This document shows, piece after piece, positions 28,047 through 39,173 of a stretch of 64,000 bases of DNA. The notes beneath the pieces were generated by a model. That model had not been told where the DNA came from. It searched no databases and worked only from the letters and a program-made list of their open reading frames with translations. Numbering within the stretch: the stretch's first letter is position 1; each line of letters starts with the position of its first letter. The position numbers were made by a program, and so were the translations under genes. The DNA comes from a virus, in the IMG/VR virus record IMGVR_UViG_3300030329_003436, positions 1 through 64,000 of that record, one strand, 5' to 3'.

Positions 28047-31000
28047 TTATTCCTCGTATGAAGACCCTGAAGACTCTGTTACTGTAATCTTAAACACAGC
28101 CCCTTCTTCGTCGTAGGGTAGTCCTCTCCAAGGCCCATATCCTTCATAACAACCACTCTGGCATTCATAAAGAACTGTGGGTTGGAAAATATTACAACAA
28201 GACTCATGTGCAGTAACATAATACGTCAAATTAACTGGGGTTGTGCTATTCATTTGATGTGCGTTATTCGTTGGTTCTTTTGACCCTACTGTTATATCAA
28301 ATAACCCGCCATGACGACTCCATATAGCCTCGTTTTCATTATCACTAAACTTATGATAGGTTTCAGAACAACCCAAACCCTCAATTGCCTCGCAGTCATC
28401 AATGATTTTTCCGTATATATTCCTGTCATCTACATTCTTGTTGTAAAGAATATCCTTATATAAATCCTTTGCTGGACCAATGGCTATTTCATGACCAAAA
28501 TTCCTAGCCATAATATTGTCTTCAAAAGCCCCTCCTCCAGCAGATGTGGTTGTGCTTTGTGGATATCTTCCAAGACAATCACCGCTGGTAGTTTGACCAG
28601 TACTAATATAGCAAAACTCGTTGTCGGTACACACGCTTTCAATTCTTGAACAGGTGGAACCGTCCCATTCGCATCCATTTAACCCATGCACCTTACCAGC
28701 TTCTATACAGTCTTCTTCTAGTCTTTGCACATCACAATTTAAATCGTTGTACTTTTGACATGTCTTATAGTTTTCATCAAGCATGGGGTCAAAGGTTTCT
28801 ACGGATTCGCTATGAGCGCTTCCAGTCCCGGTGCCTATCGTGGAATCGTAAGGTGTTTTTGCGGCGGTCGATCCCGAAACGCCATGAGGAGTTCTTTTTG
28901 TGTTCTCAAGATCTTCAAAATGTATTGTTGACTCGTAATGAATACTAAACGTTGTTGAGCTATGAGTTTTGGCTACATGCTCATTATCAAATATGGATTC
29001 AGCTATCTTATACTCTGGGTCGTTCCCCTCGCCCTTGTCAATAAAGAGAGTTTCTTGGCAGTGACCTCCTTCGTCGCCTCCCATTGGAGTACAATTCAAG
29101 CCGCTCTTGTCTGTAAAACTGCTTAAACGACAATGTGCTGAACAACCCTCGTTGAACTCATGCCACTTACTCTTTGTTAGAAATTTACCTTGATAATCAT
29201 TCTCACAAATATGCTCATCAACTTTTACTCCTTCTGGTAGTCTGGAATCCCATACACCTCTTGGGCCGCACCATTTTCCTCCCATACCTTGACAATCGGT
29301 TGGGTCAGTAACAGTATCATCCCTAGACCCGTTTACTATGCAAAACTCAGATTCGCATTGTAATTTTGTCATACCTTCGATGACCGGCCCTTTAACCTCA
29401 CCCGTTGCATCAATACCAACACATTCGCCCGGAGGAGCGTCTTCGTCAAACTGATCAACACACTCTGCTTCATAAGTGACAGCTCCACTAATAACTATTT
29501 TTTCACCGTCTTGTAAGTCGTGTGGGTGTGTCGTTGTAAACAATGTGTGAAGAAAGTTTCCTTCTTGATCATATTCGTTTTCAATGGAACTAATAGCGAG
29601 TCTTCTTTTGTATAAATGCTCTAAAGTATCTGAGTCATACATTGTAGATGGTATCTTACCAATCACAACGGTTTCAGGAATTTCAGGGATGCTTTCGGTT
29701 TCTGTTCCTGTGTCATCAACTATACCACTAGATCCATCGTCACTTTGGCCACCGCCACTATCATCTTGTGGTGGGTCTTCTGAAGGAATTTGGCTAGCCA
29801 GTGCCTCGTCAGCTATTTCCTGCATTGTTTCCGCGTTAGGTATTAATCCAATTCTTCCGGGCGCGATATACCCAGTAACCCAAAGATCGGTCTTAAAAGG
29901 CTCTCTTAAGCTTTCAAGCCTATAGCCTGAGCTTTGGTGAGCCACCGGCCAAGGATTCAATCCGTATGGCGAAGGCTCATTTCTAACAAATCCTCCGTCC
30001 ATATACCGAAATCTGTTATTGGAAAAGACATCGTGCATCCATACGTTATTTTCGTTTCTTGTTCTTCTTTGTAGTTTCCTATCTAGTGCAGCATTTCCGG
30101 TTCTTAGTAACGTAGCGTCTTCTACACGAATTTCTATAAAACCACTATGATGCCTGTCTCCTCCCATGGGAATGGCTTCAGTAAGACTTGTGTACCCAAG
30201 ACCCATGGCCGGATTCTTGGATGTGTTATTTCTGGGGTAGTCACCAAGATTTCCTAATTCCGCCTCTATTCTATCAGCCCTACCTGTCGTGACTTTAGTT
30301 GGATACCATACGGCTCCTTGGTATGCTTCACAGTCATCCTTTGTATCAAAACGATTATTGCTACAATAACCTGTGGGCCAGTCTGGTGGGCCTCCAGCAC
30401 AACATTTTGTATTGCTAGTTCTTACTGTTAAAATGTCGTAACCACGCTCTCTCTTCCATTCGCCTCCCGCAGATTTTGCATCCCAATACTCTGCGTCCAT
30501 ATCTACATGATAAACGGTCATTTTTTCACCGTTGTACCACCAGTCTGGGAGCAGATCTTCTAGGCTTTGCGCCGTACCCCAGCATGTCGGAAAAGTATCG
30601 CTTCTGTGTGGCGGAACACCTTGAATAGGACATGTGGCGTAGCCATCTGTATTAATCCTACAGCAGGATACGCATGGCGGTGTGCCATCGCAATCTACCG
30701 TTGGTATACTAGAGCATTTCCCACATTCGGTTTCGCCGCAGCCACCATGCTTGTTGACACAATCATTGGAGTCTGTACATCCCGTACAACCAAAGTCCCA
30801 ATCATAAGGAGTCTTAGTAAGGCGTGTAGTCCAAGTACCATCGGCTGCTTCACAAGATTCTTGGTTAGGTTGGTCAATTGTTTCACCGTCTTCTCGGACA
30901 CATACTTCCTCTTGTACATTTTCGCGTGGACAGGGTGGTTTATAAGCATCGTCTCCACATGCGGGGAATGAACAAGTGGTAATTTCCCAAGCTAAACCTA

Positions 31001-34000
31001 GCTGATTATTATGATAATAATCTCCGGTTAGATTAAATTTAGCGCTACCGGAAGCAGCCATGCCATCGCCCGGAATTGGAGCGCCGTTGGAACATGCCAA
31101 ATTCATTCTTATCCAATGTCCATCTTGTGCTGGTTTAGGGAGAGGCGCTCTGGACGACCCAACACCAAAATCTCTTACGTCGTTCTTTGTTTCGCAAGCA
31201 CCGCAATCACATTCGTAACAAGTTTGAGACTTCCTATCTTTCTTGAAAGTCCATCCCTGTTCAGTACACCAATCCTTATATGATTGAAGCATCTGGGTAG
31301 CGTTGTGGGGATGTCTCAATACACCACAGTCATCAATACATTTACCTCCACCAAGACAGCAGCTTGGCCACTCATGGTGACTGCAAGAATATCCCCAACC
31401 AACACAGCCGTTACAACTCACACCCCCAACATAACGTTTGCTTGTATCAAAAGGACTGTATACACTGTCACTAAGAATTGCTGGATGACCCATAAACAGC
31501 CAGTCGGAAGCCCAGTAACCACCGTTATAAACAAGTGGTATATCTATCGGTTGGTCCAGTCCGGGGCAACCATCTCTTACGTCGTAATGTGTTTTGTAAC
31601 AATTTATGCCAGTTGCGGTGCTTGGTGGAAATTCTGCGCCGCCTTCGTTTTCGCATTTATGTGCTATACAGGTAGCCGACGTATCATCCCAAATACACTT
31701 ATTCGTCGCATTACAGTCTTGATTATTAGTTTTCTGTGCGCATATGGCGCTAGTTTTATTGTCCCTTCCCCATACTCCATTTCTGAAAGAACCATTAGGT
31801 GAACGCTCACAAGCGTCTCCACACCACGCGCCGTCACCCAGATTGGTAAACTGCTGATCACAAGTTATAAAATCTGTTTCACATAGGTCATCTCTTCCTT
31901 TTGGGTAGCCGGTACATGGCTCACATTCGCAATGTCCAGCCATAGGTGTTGGTTCACAATCAGCAATCGCCTGACCCCCGTTATCTTGACATTCATCGGG
32001 AAAGCCATCACCATCCGTATCAACCGGTGTCGCGTTTGCGGGATCGGCGCAGGTCGCGATAACAGCGAAGTCCGTACTACTGCCTGTGTAAGAACACTGA
32101 TATACGTCGGCCACCATGCGACACTTCATGTGATCACACCCCTTCGTCGGATGACACTGCCAGCTACCATCCGTTCCGCAGCCTCCACATTTTTGCACAA
32201 ATTCCTCAATTGTGGGGTTTTCTGGACAGCCGGAATCACACGCTCTTCCAGCAGCATTTTTGTCCATGCTCGTACATTCACAGTTACAGCATGGGTCAGT
32301 TAGTTTACCATGAGTTTGAAGCCAATCAATTGGGAGGCGGTCGTCATCAATGTAACTTTTTCTTGCATCAATCGGATGGAAAGCGCAATCGTCACAACAC
32401 TGTTTATTACAATGTTCTGTAAGACAAACACCAGAAGGAAGCGTGTCTGGATCGGTATCTTCCATGCAATCTGCTAAACAGGCTCCGTGTGTTTTGCCAC
32501 AGTGTTCGTTCTGCATAACGCTACAAGTCTTACCGTCAGCATACGGTTTTAAATGCCCAGTCCATACGCCATCCTCTGTGTAATCACGATTACATCGACT
32601 ATAACCAGCTTTTAACAGTCTAAATATAGAAGTATCTTGTGGGTGTACAGTGGCAACCAAATTTTCAGGCATAAAATGGTCAGCGCAAACAGGACAGTTC
32701 TCTTTTTGTTCTATTTGCACATAGTAATTGTCTGACATATTGGGCAAATCATACCTTGCCATGCCAGTGCCGTCCCAACCATCTCTATACTCATTTGAAA
32801 AATGATCGTAAGGTGTTGAGCTTTGGGTTTCAGGAGATATGTACCACATACCGGTATAAGGACATGTTTTATACGCTTCGACTCCCGATGTTCCTGTTGC
32901 TGGGTCGCCTATATCACCAACTATGAAATCATGGGGATTATCCCATGAAAACTGCTGCCAACACCCTGTTCCGTCAATGTCGCCAAAGATGTTTAACTCT
33001 GCGCACGGGGCAATTTGACCAGCAACAGCGTCTGCATATTTATGACCATTATCTTCATCGTATGAAACATAGACCTCCGCCAATTTACGACAATCCTCCA
33101 AGCTCATTATCGCTTCCGGCTGGGTTCCGGGCGGGTTTCCTCCAGCAACAATTTCACATCCACCATACGTAATACATGACTCTTCGCTTTCGAGAAAAAC
33201 TTCAGGGCTTGAAATAACAGTCGTGCTTAGTCCAGTTCCATCAACTGTTTGGCATGGGCATGCGGGTCTCAACCCATTGTGAGTAGCTACATAGCTTCCG
33301 CAAACCTTTTTTGTGCCATCAGTGAGGTCGCAAGATGTAAATCCTGTTGCAGTAACTTTGCCGTCTAAAGGCTCTCCATCACATGTAAATAGCTTGAAAT
33401 AATTTTCATCGTATTTTTCTACAACAACCCATGGGGCCGGAAGCGGATTCCCCTCGTCATCTTTGCCGCTGTAACAAGTGTCTATAGAAGTGCCATCCGA
33501 AAATGTTACTTGATAATTACAAGTACCATCGTCTTCTGGAGGGCATTTTGCTTCTGGCCATGCTTGTTTGTCACAATGTTCGCCCTTGCATTTTCCACCG
33601 TCTTTGTCTTCCCATACGGTTTCATTCCATTCCCTATTGGTCATTCTGTTTGCTTTAAAATTACCCAATACACCATTTATCTCAATCTGATCACCATTCT
33701 TAAGCAGGTGATTTCTTGACTTGATAATAACAGGACTGGTATTGCTTGCTATTTCAACCCTGCCAGATCTGGTTGTGCCTACGCAACTGTCTGCTACATA
33801 ACTAATTCCTTCTTCATCTGGGTTTGGGTAAAGACCAGTTCTTCCCCAATAATCTAAACTGTCTCCAGCGCTATTAGGCTGTATTAATTTAGTTCCGTTA
33901 TGACTGTACCCATAAACTAAATCTTTTAGTTCCGAGGGTATTTCTACTGTACTCTTGCAGCCAACACAATTACTAGAACCACACATGCCTAGCTCCTGAC

Positions 34001-37000
34001 AGGAGCCTTGAATCCACTCAAGAACCGGCCCCACACAGTCTGCTTCCGAATGACTTGTTGTTGTCTGGTCACTCGTTGTTCTACAGTAGCCTCCTTCGTT
34101 AATATCCCACTTACACTGTTCACTGTTACACTCTCCCGGCGTTTTGTTGCCTTCGCATGGGCAATTACTTCCGGGCAGATTCAGAGAATTCCATGAAAAA
34201 TCTGCGGCCAAGCAGTCTGCTTCATTATCATAAGGTTGCGGATTACCGTCCACGTCTACACATTCTGTAAGGTCACATCCAAGCTCTGATTTCCCCCATC
34301 CACAACCTATCCAATAACCACCAAGGACCAATTCACAATCGTCCCTGCCAGTGTCTCTACCTATGATATTAGGAGAGGGCAGTCCTGATGCGGGCGGTCT
34401 AGATGACAAACATACGCCTCTTCCTTCGCATTCACTTGGAGTAACCAGAATAGGCTCCTGCATCGCGTCTAATTCCATACATTCTGGATCTTCACAGGGG
34501 AACCAAGTTTTCCAGTTTGGCCCAACCTCTCCCGGCATACCAGTGCCGTTACATCTGCCGCCACACTGTGTTTCGCCGTAATGAGCAATTGTCCAATCGA
34601 GAACCTGTCTACCAATAGTTCGACACGGACCTCCAGCGGCGTGCATATTGTCAGCGGCGGTATAGGCAAAATCATTCTTAAACCAGAAATCATAACCCTG
34701 TGTCATGTCCCAGTTACAAAAAGCACCGCCCATCCCTGCGCCACAATCTTGATCACAATTTTCATGCGTGTCGCCTTCAGCTATGCATCCGTCATAGCAT
34801 CGCCAATAACTCACTCCAGAATCTATACAGGCGCTAAACATAGCAGCGTCTGTAACCGCTTCATCATATGTCTTATGCTTTTTCTGTTCTTGCTCTGTAG
34901 CCTTGAATGGCTGTGGGTGTATATTTAAAGCCCTTAACTTATAATGCCCTTTGGGATTGTCAATGCGGGCAAAACCGTTGGTATAACTGCTTTCGTAGTA
35001 GACATATTTACCACACCAACTTATCACGTCGCCTTCATGATTGTGTTCGTAATCTGGATCTCCGTCTAGATCTTCATCCCATATTGAACACCAAGATTTA
35101 TAGTCTCTAGAGCTATAATTATATGTTCCGGGGTAGAATCCTGCCGGATTACCATCTATATCCCCTCTACTATCTAACCATCTTGCCTGACCCCATTTTC
35201 CATCTTCACTGCCTTTAGCTCCAGCTATTGGGGTTTTTACGGTTAGGTCAAAGTTGGAACAATTGAGCATTTGATCAACAGGTATAAACAATACTGTTTC
35301 AAGACCCGGAGCGCCCTGTTTATGAGAAAGTTTTTCTAATTCTGCCGCCCATTGGTTTTGAGTCCATGTATGTATCGGATTACCATTATCATCTTTATAT
35401 GACAAACAGTCTTCTTGCGTAACATAGCCAGTATCTTGACCCTCTTTGTCTATACAAGCACCATCAGCAATACAGTCTTCACGATTATCATGTGTTGTTT
35501 CTTCAGGAGGAGTTGTTTGCTTCTGACAAACAGACGCCGGTCTTGATGAACAATCACCGTAGTAGTCACAACCCCTCAATATCAATGTAAAGTAATTGCC
35601 TCCGGTCATAGCGTCACCGGCTAAGGAGGTTCGCATGTGTGCGTTTTGTATTGAAGAGCAGGAGCTTGACGCGCCTAACATTGCTCCTCCCGACGCAATA
35701 TTTTCAGCGCCGGGGATAAGAATGGCTTCTCTATATGGGGTTATACAGGTGCCTTGGAGTCTTTCCTTGGTTAGCCCCGGTCCTCCAGCATTCATTTGTG
35801 ATGGCCCAGTTAGGTTGGGTTGGTGATTAGGCCCATCGTCTGAAATAGCATACCCACTACAACAGGCCGAAGGGTTGAAGCCACGATCCACCCACTTAGG
35901 ATACCAATCTCCACCGCAAGCCATACACTGCAATTCACCAACATTCCTACCCTCACCGTAGCATGTTCCGGTACTTGAATTCCACATACAGCCTTCTACA
36001 CCCAAGCAAGCGACTGGATCTGTGGTTGCTGCGCAGATATCGTCACAATCAGAGTGTAGTGGTATTTCATCACCGTTTTCGTCTAACTGTTCGCTACAAG
36101 TGGCCGCAGCTAAACATTCACTCTCTGTACATCCTTTTTCTGGAATCCAATCAAAACCGTTGTTGGTACACGTCTGTTCATCTTTAATTTGTGTATTTGT
36201 ACATACTCCACCACAATCTTTAAAAGCAGTCCCGTCTTTGTTTAAGCATCTACCAGACAATTGCGGAGCGATTTCACCATCTCTAAGACATCCAGTACGT
36301 ATAACATTGCTATCTTCGTTCCTACCTCCATAAACAGGAACGTCATTAAAATCTCCATAAATATTAGAGGAGTTTATTCTCCGGCCATCTGGACCTTGCG
36401 CCAAACTATCAATAGAGTCATAGACACCCTTAATACCGGAATAATTACAGTTAGATCGTTTTGAAATGGATTTTCCCGGCCATGGGTATGGTCTCCATTC
36501 TATTATTTTTTCGCCCCGCTGCATTGCTTCTAGAGCGCGAATCGACCGTTCGTTGAGTTCGTTTTTACCTCCAAAGTATGCATGTAGCGTATCTCGACAC
36601 GTTTCAGTGGTAGGGAGTATCGCGCTAATTGCAGGGCCAACCAGTGGAATCCTGCTGATGACAGCACCAGTGACCCACCCACATAATTCATATAGATTCT
36701 CTGCATGGTTTGCCGCTTCAATAAGCCTGTCTCTTACGTCATCGCAGTCTGTTTTTGTGGTGTAATTTGTCATCTCCTTATTTTCAAGAAGAAGCATGCA
36801 CTTTCCGTTAGTTTCTTCCCACGCTACTCTAGCCTGACTATCCGAAGTGTCTATAACGTCAATCGTAGTTACATCACATGGGTCGCAGTTAGGGTATAGA
36901 AGAACATCTTCATATTCATTGCCATTATAAATCTGTCCTCTACTCTTGGATGTTCCACCATCACAACATTTTCTACCACGCCAAGCGCCGTTATGATATC

Positions 37001-37337
37001 GCAAAAAGAACGTGTCGTTACCGTGTTCTTTCTCGTCACCAATAACTTCTCTAGCATACCAACGACCTTGTTTGTCTTGAACCACGCTTATAAGAAGTTC
37101 CTCTGGAAGATAGCATGGTCTACCTTCGGTTTCGGGAGTGGCAAATTCCGAACAAACACTATGACACCCACACCCTACGTTACAAGGATGGCCACCATTA
37201 TAGAAATAATTGAGGACACTTTGTTCATGATAGCCGTCTTCATAAAACGAAGCTCCGGCGACCTTGCCCGAATACCGGCCAGTCTTCTGGTTTTGTAGTC
37301 CCCCAGAGGAGGTGTCAAAATTGTCCCCAATTCCCAT
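28047..37337 (-). CDS. Giant cysteine-rich putative tail-tip/fibre protein (3096 aa)
   Basis: Uninterrupted ORF in the tail module; roughly 185-190 Cys by hand count; two FCCH-like tail modules; DxDGD loops. Confidence 0.75.
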   Translation of the reverse strand: MGIGDNFDTSSGGLQNQKTGRYSGKVAGASFYEDGYHEQSVLNYFYNGGHPCNVGCGCHSVCSEFATPETEGRPCYLPEELLISVVQDKQGRWYAREVIGDEKEHGNDTFFLRYHNGAWRGRKCCDGGTSKSRGQIYNGNEYEDVLLYPNCDPCDVTTIDVIDTSDSQARVAWEETNGKCMLLLENKEMTNYTTKTDCDDVRDRLIEAANHAENLYELCGWVTGAVISRIPLVGPAISAILPTTETCRDTLHAYFGGKNELNERSIRALEAMQRGEKIIEWRPYPWPGKSISKRSNCNYSGIKGVYDSIDSLAQGPDGRRINSSNIYGDFNDVPVYGGRNEDSNVIRTGCLRDGEIAPQLSGRCLNKDGTAFKDCGGVCTNTQIKDEQTCTNNGFDWIPEKGCTESECLAAATCSEQLDENGDEIPLHSDCDDICAATTDPVACLGVEGCMWNSSTGTCYGEGRNVGELQCMACGGDWYPKWVDRGFNPSACCSGYAISDDGPNHQPNLTGPSQMNAGGPGLTKERLQGTCITPYREAILIPGAENIASGGAMLGASSSCSSIQNAHMRTSLAGDAMTGGNYFTLILRGCDYYGDCSSRPASVCQKQTTPPEETTHDNREDCIADGACIDKEGQDTGYVTQEDCLSYKDDNGNPIHTWTQNQWAAELEKLSHKQGAPGLETVLFIPVDQMLNCSNFDLTVKTPIAGAKGSEDGKWGQARWLDSRGDIDGNPAGFYPGTYNYSSRDYKSWCSIWDEDLDGDPDYEHNHEGDVISWCGKYVYYESSYTNGFARIDNPKGHYKLRALNIHPQPFKATEQEQKKHKTYDEAVTDAAMFSACIDSGVSYWRCYDGCIAEGDTHENCDQDCGAGMGGAFCNWDMTQGYDFWFKNDFAYTAADNMHAAGGPCRTIGRQVLDWTIAHYGETQCGGRCNGTGMPGEVGPNWKTWFPCEDPECMELDAMQEPILVTPSECEGRGVCLSSRPPASGLPSPNIIGRDTGRDDCELVLGGYWIGCGWGKSELGCDLTECVDVDGNPQPYDNEADCLAADFSWNSLNLPGSNCPCEGNKTPGECNSEQCKWDINEGGYCRTTSDQTTTSHSEADCVGPVLEWIQGSCQELGMCGSSNCVGCKSTVEIPSELKDLVYGYSHNGTKLIQPNSAGDSLDYWGRTGLYPNPDEEGISYVADSCVGTTRSGRVEIASNTSPVIIKSRNHLLKNGDQIEINGVLGNFKANRMTNREWNETVWEDKDGGKCKGEHCDKQAWPEAKCPPEDDGTCNYQVTFSDGTSIDTCYSGKDDEGNPLPAPWVVVEKYDENYFKLFTCDGEPLDGKVTATGFTSCDLTDGTKKVCGSYVATHNGLRPACPCQTVDGTGLSTTVISSPEVFLESEESCITYGGCEIVAGGNPPGTQPEAIMSLEDCRKLAEVYVSYDEDNGHKYADAVAGQIAPCAELNIFGDIDGTGCWQQFSWDNPHDFIVGDIGDPATGTSGVEAYKTCPYTGMWYISPETQSSTPYDHFSNEYRDGWDGTGMARYDLPNMSDNYYVQIEQKENCPVCADHFMPENLVATVHPQDTSIFRLLKAGYSRCNRDYTEDGVWTGHLKPYADGKTCSVMQNEHCGKTHGACLADCMEDTDPDTLPSGVCLTEHCNKQCCDDCAFHPIDARKSYIDDDRLPIDWLQTHGKLTDPCCNCECTSMDKNAAGRACDSGCPENPTIEEFVQKCGGCGTDGSWQCHPTKGCDHMKCRMVADVYQCSYTGSSTDFAVIATCADPANATPVDTDGDGFPDECQDNGGQAIADCEPTPMAGHCECEPCTGYPKGRDDLCETDFITCDQQFTNLGDGAWCGDACERSPNGSFRNGVWGRDNKTSAICAQKTNNQDCNATNKCIWDDTSATCIAHKCENEGGAEFPPSTATGINCYKTHYDVRDGCPGLDQPIDIPLVYNGGYWASDWLFMGHPAILSDSVYSPFDTSKRYVGGVSCNGCVGWGYSCSHHEWPSCCLGGGKCIDDCGVLRHPHNATQMLQSYKDWCTEQGWTFKKDRKSQTCYECDCGACETKNDVRDFGVGSSRAPLPKPAQDGHWIRMNLACSNGAPIPGDGMAASGSAKFNLTGDYYHNNQLGLAWEITTCSFPACGDDAYKPPCPRENVQEEVCVREDGETIDQPNQESCEAADGTWTTRLTKTPYDWDFGCTGCTDSNDCVNKHGGCGETECGKCSSIPTVDCDGTPPCVSCCRINTDGYATCPIQGVPPHRSDTFPTCWGTAQSLEDLLPDWWYNGEKMTVYHVDMDAEYWDAKSAGGEWKRERGYDILTVRTSNTKCCAGGPPDWPTGYCSNNRFDTKDDCEAYQGAVWYPTKVTTGRADRIEAELGNLGDYPRNNTSKNPAMGLGYTSLTEAIPMGGDRHHSGFIEIRVEDATLLRTGNAALDRKLQRRTRNENNVWMHDVFSNNRFRYMDGGFVRNEPSPYGLNPWPVAHQSSGYRLESLREPFKTDLWVTGYIAPGRIGLIPNAETMQEIADEALASQIPSEDPPQDDSGGGQSDDGSSGIVDDTGTETESIPEIPETVVIGKIPSTMYDSDTLEHLYKRRLAISSIENEYDQEGNFLHTLFTTTHPHDLQDGEKIVISGAVTYEAECVDQFDEDAPPGECVGIDATGEVKGPVIEGMTKLQCESEFCIVNGSRDDTVTDPTDCQGMGGKWCGPRGVWDSRLPEGVKVDEHICENDYQGKFLTKSKWHEFNEGCSAHCRLSSFTDKSGLNCTPMGGDEGGHCQETLFIDKGEGNDPEYKIAESIFDNEHVAKTHSSTTFSIHYESTIHFEDLENTKRTPHGVSGSTAAKTPYDSTIGTGTGSAHSESVETFDPMLDENYKTCQKYNDLNCDVQRLEEDCIEAGKVHGLNGCEWDGSTCSRIESVCTDNEFCYISTGQTTSGDCLGRYPQSTTTSAGGGAFEDNIMARNFGHEIAIGPAKDLYKDILYNKNVDDRNIYGKIIDDCEAIEGLGCSETYHKFSDNENEAIWSRHGGLFDITVGSKEPTNNAHQMNSTTPVNLTYYVTAHESCCNIFQPTVLYECQSGCYEGYGPWRGLPYDEEGAVFKITVTESSGSSYEE

Positions 37338-37345
37338 GTCTGTTC

Positions 37346-39172
37346 CTACCTAATTGCGGTCAGCGGGTAATCATCGTCTGGCCCGCAGTCTTCTCCAGTA
37401 ACAAAACCTTGAGCAAAAAACTTTCTTGTACAAGATGACATTTCACCCTGTTCGCAACCGGCATGGCTTACTATTTCCATCCCAAAGAATTCAGCTTGTA
37501 GTATTATATGAATAGGTATAACTTCTTTAACTGATATTGCTTCCTGATCAGTTACCGTACAAACCGTATCGCTTTTAGATCTACTATATTCGACTACAAT
37601 TCTTCTACCTGTATCATAACTTAAAAAGTTATCTCCTAGCATAAGTCCTTGATTTAATGGATTTTCAATAATTATTTTTTGGTATAAAAGCGGGAGGGCT
37701 GTTTCGCTGAAGGTTGGTTCGGATTTTGTGCCATCATCTTTTTGTTTTCCAAGAACCTTATCAACTAATTTTTCACCTTCTGTTTCGTAATCTTTTGTAG
37801 AACCCCATCCATGACACGGATCTCCTAATCTACGAGCATAAGGATTTCCACCAGCAGCTTTATAAAATTTGTCTCCACAGTTAATTCTTGAATTTTTTCC
37901 ATCTACTACATGATCTGTAGACCTTAGTATAACTGCATCATAAAAAGGGACGCACGCTCTTACAAATTCATTACAGTTTGCGTACAAGTTGTCGTTAGAA
38001 TCTTTTTTGGCCAGACATTGACCACACCAGTTTTCATCTTCTGGGTCGTAAATTTCTATGTCTGGGTATAAAGAGCTTTTAGGAAAGTACATAAAATAGT
38101 CACATTCATCCGATGGACAAGGGTTTCTATAAAGTCTACCCAAAGAAGCTATATTATTATTTATACCAAAATTAAAACTATTACTTCCATCTATTCCAGC
38201 TTTCGGTAGTATACACTTAGTTGCTTTGCATAAATAAATTCCATTATGTCTACCGCCAACCCATACTTTTCTATCTCTATCCCATCTTAGGTCAATGGGA
38301 CCGCTTTTCCATTGATCAGTTCTTTGCAGATGATGAGGGAGAAAGTGTATTTTGGGATTTTTCTGCGCGTAGTTAGCCGGTTCGTTTCTGGGAGATCCCC
38401 AAAAATCTGATTCTCTATCACCAACTCTTTGCACTGCATCATATTTAGCATTTGGGACGGGCATACCATGCGTGTCATACCCCCATCCCGTAAGAACAGC
38501 CGGTCCTCTTAGTCCAACAGGTCTTCCGGCTCCTCCCAACGCTTGATTCTCAGCGGTTATTCCTCCCAGTTTAGGATATGCAGTGCCTTCACCACCGTGC
38601 GTAAACTTAAGCTGACCCTTAACATCTTCTGTGCTTTCTCCACGAACCATGTAATTGACATTATGTCCCGATGGATATGGATATAAGGTTGATGAATTAA
38701 CCGTGCCAGAACCAATATGCCCCCAATCGGAAAGAACGATTTCTTCACCCTTTTCGTCTACAAAACTATAGGGCTTCTCAAAATGAGGCATCGCCTTTTG
38801 GCCGTCTACAATAAACCCTGTGGATGTAGCTGATTCACCCGCCGCGTTTCTTTTTGCAAAAGCGGCACTATAAGGAATAAAAAGACCATCAAGACTCATC
38901 CCCGACTGACTCTTCCAATGGTCGGCAGACTTATCATGATGCTTGTCTAAAAACTTGGTCTTAAAGTTGTTCTGTGTTGTGTATACAACTTGTGCAGTGA
39001 CATCCAAGTTGTCTATTGTCTCACCATCGTGACCTATCAAAGGAGACCCTGTTGGGTCAAGACTTGCTCCCCCTAAGTTCCTGTACAGAGTGCCGCCGAT
39101 CATATTGATAGATATGTCAGGGTTGTGTTTTTTACTGACATTTACGTCAGGATCTTTTCTTGGTTCTACCAT
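37346..39172 (-). CDS. Putative tail protein, Cys-rich C-terminal half
   Basis: Position; GLRGPAVLTGWGYD..G.PVP and GPIDLRWD motifs. Confidence 0.6.
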   Translation of the reverse strand: MVEPRKDPDVNVSKKHNPDISINMIGGTLYRNLGGASLDPTGSPLIGHDGETIDNLDVTAQVVYTTQNNFKTKFLDKHHDKSADHWKSQSGMSLDGLFIPYSAAFAKRNAAGESATSTGFIVDGQKAMPHFEKPYSFVDEKGEEIVLSDWGHIGSGTVNSSTLYPYPSGHNVNYMVRGESTEDVKGQLKFTHGGEGTAYPKLGGITAENQALGGAGRPVGLRGPAVLTGWGYDTHGMPVPNAKYDAVQRVGDRESDFWGSPRNEPANYAQKNPKIHFLPHHLQRTDQWKSGPIDLRWDRDRKVWVGGRHNGIYLCKATKCILPKAGIDGSNSFNFGINNNIASLGRLYRNPCPSDECDYFMYFPKSSLYPDIEIYDPEDENWCGQCLAKKDSNDNLYANCNEFVRACVPFYDAVILRSTDHVVDGKNSRINCGDKFYKAAGGNPYARRLGDPCHGWGSTKDYETEGEKLVDKVLGKQKDDGTKSEPTFSETALPLLYQKIIIENPLNQGLMLGDNFLSYDTGRRIVVEYSRSKSDTVCTVTDQEAISVKEVIPIHIILQAEFFGMEIVSHAGCEQGEMSSCTRKFFAQGFVTGEDCGPDDDYPLTAIR

Positions 39173-39173
39173 G

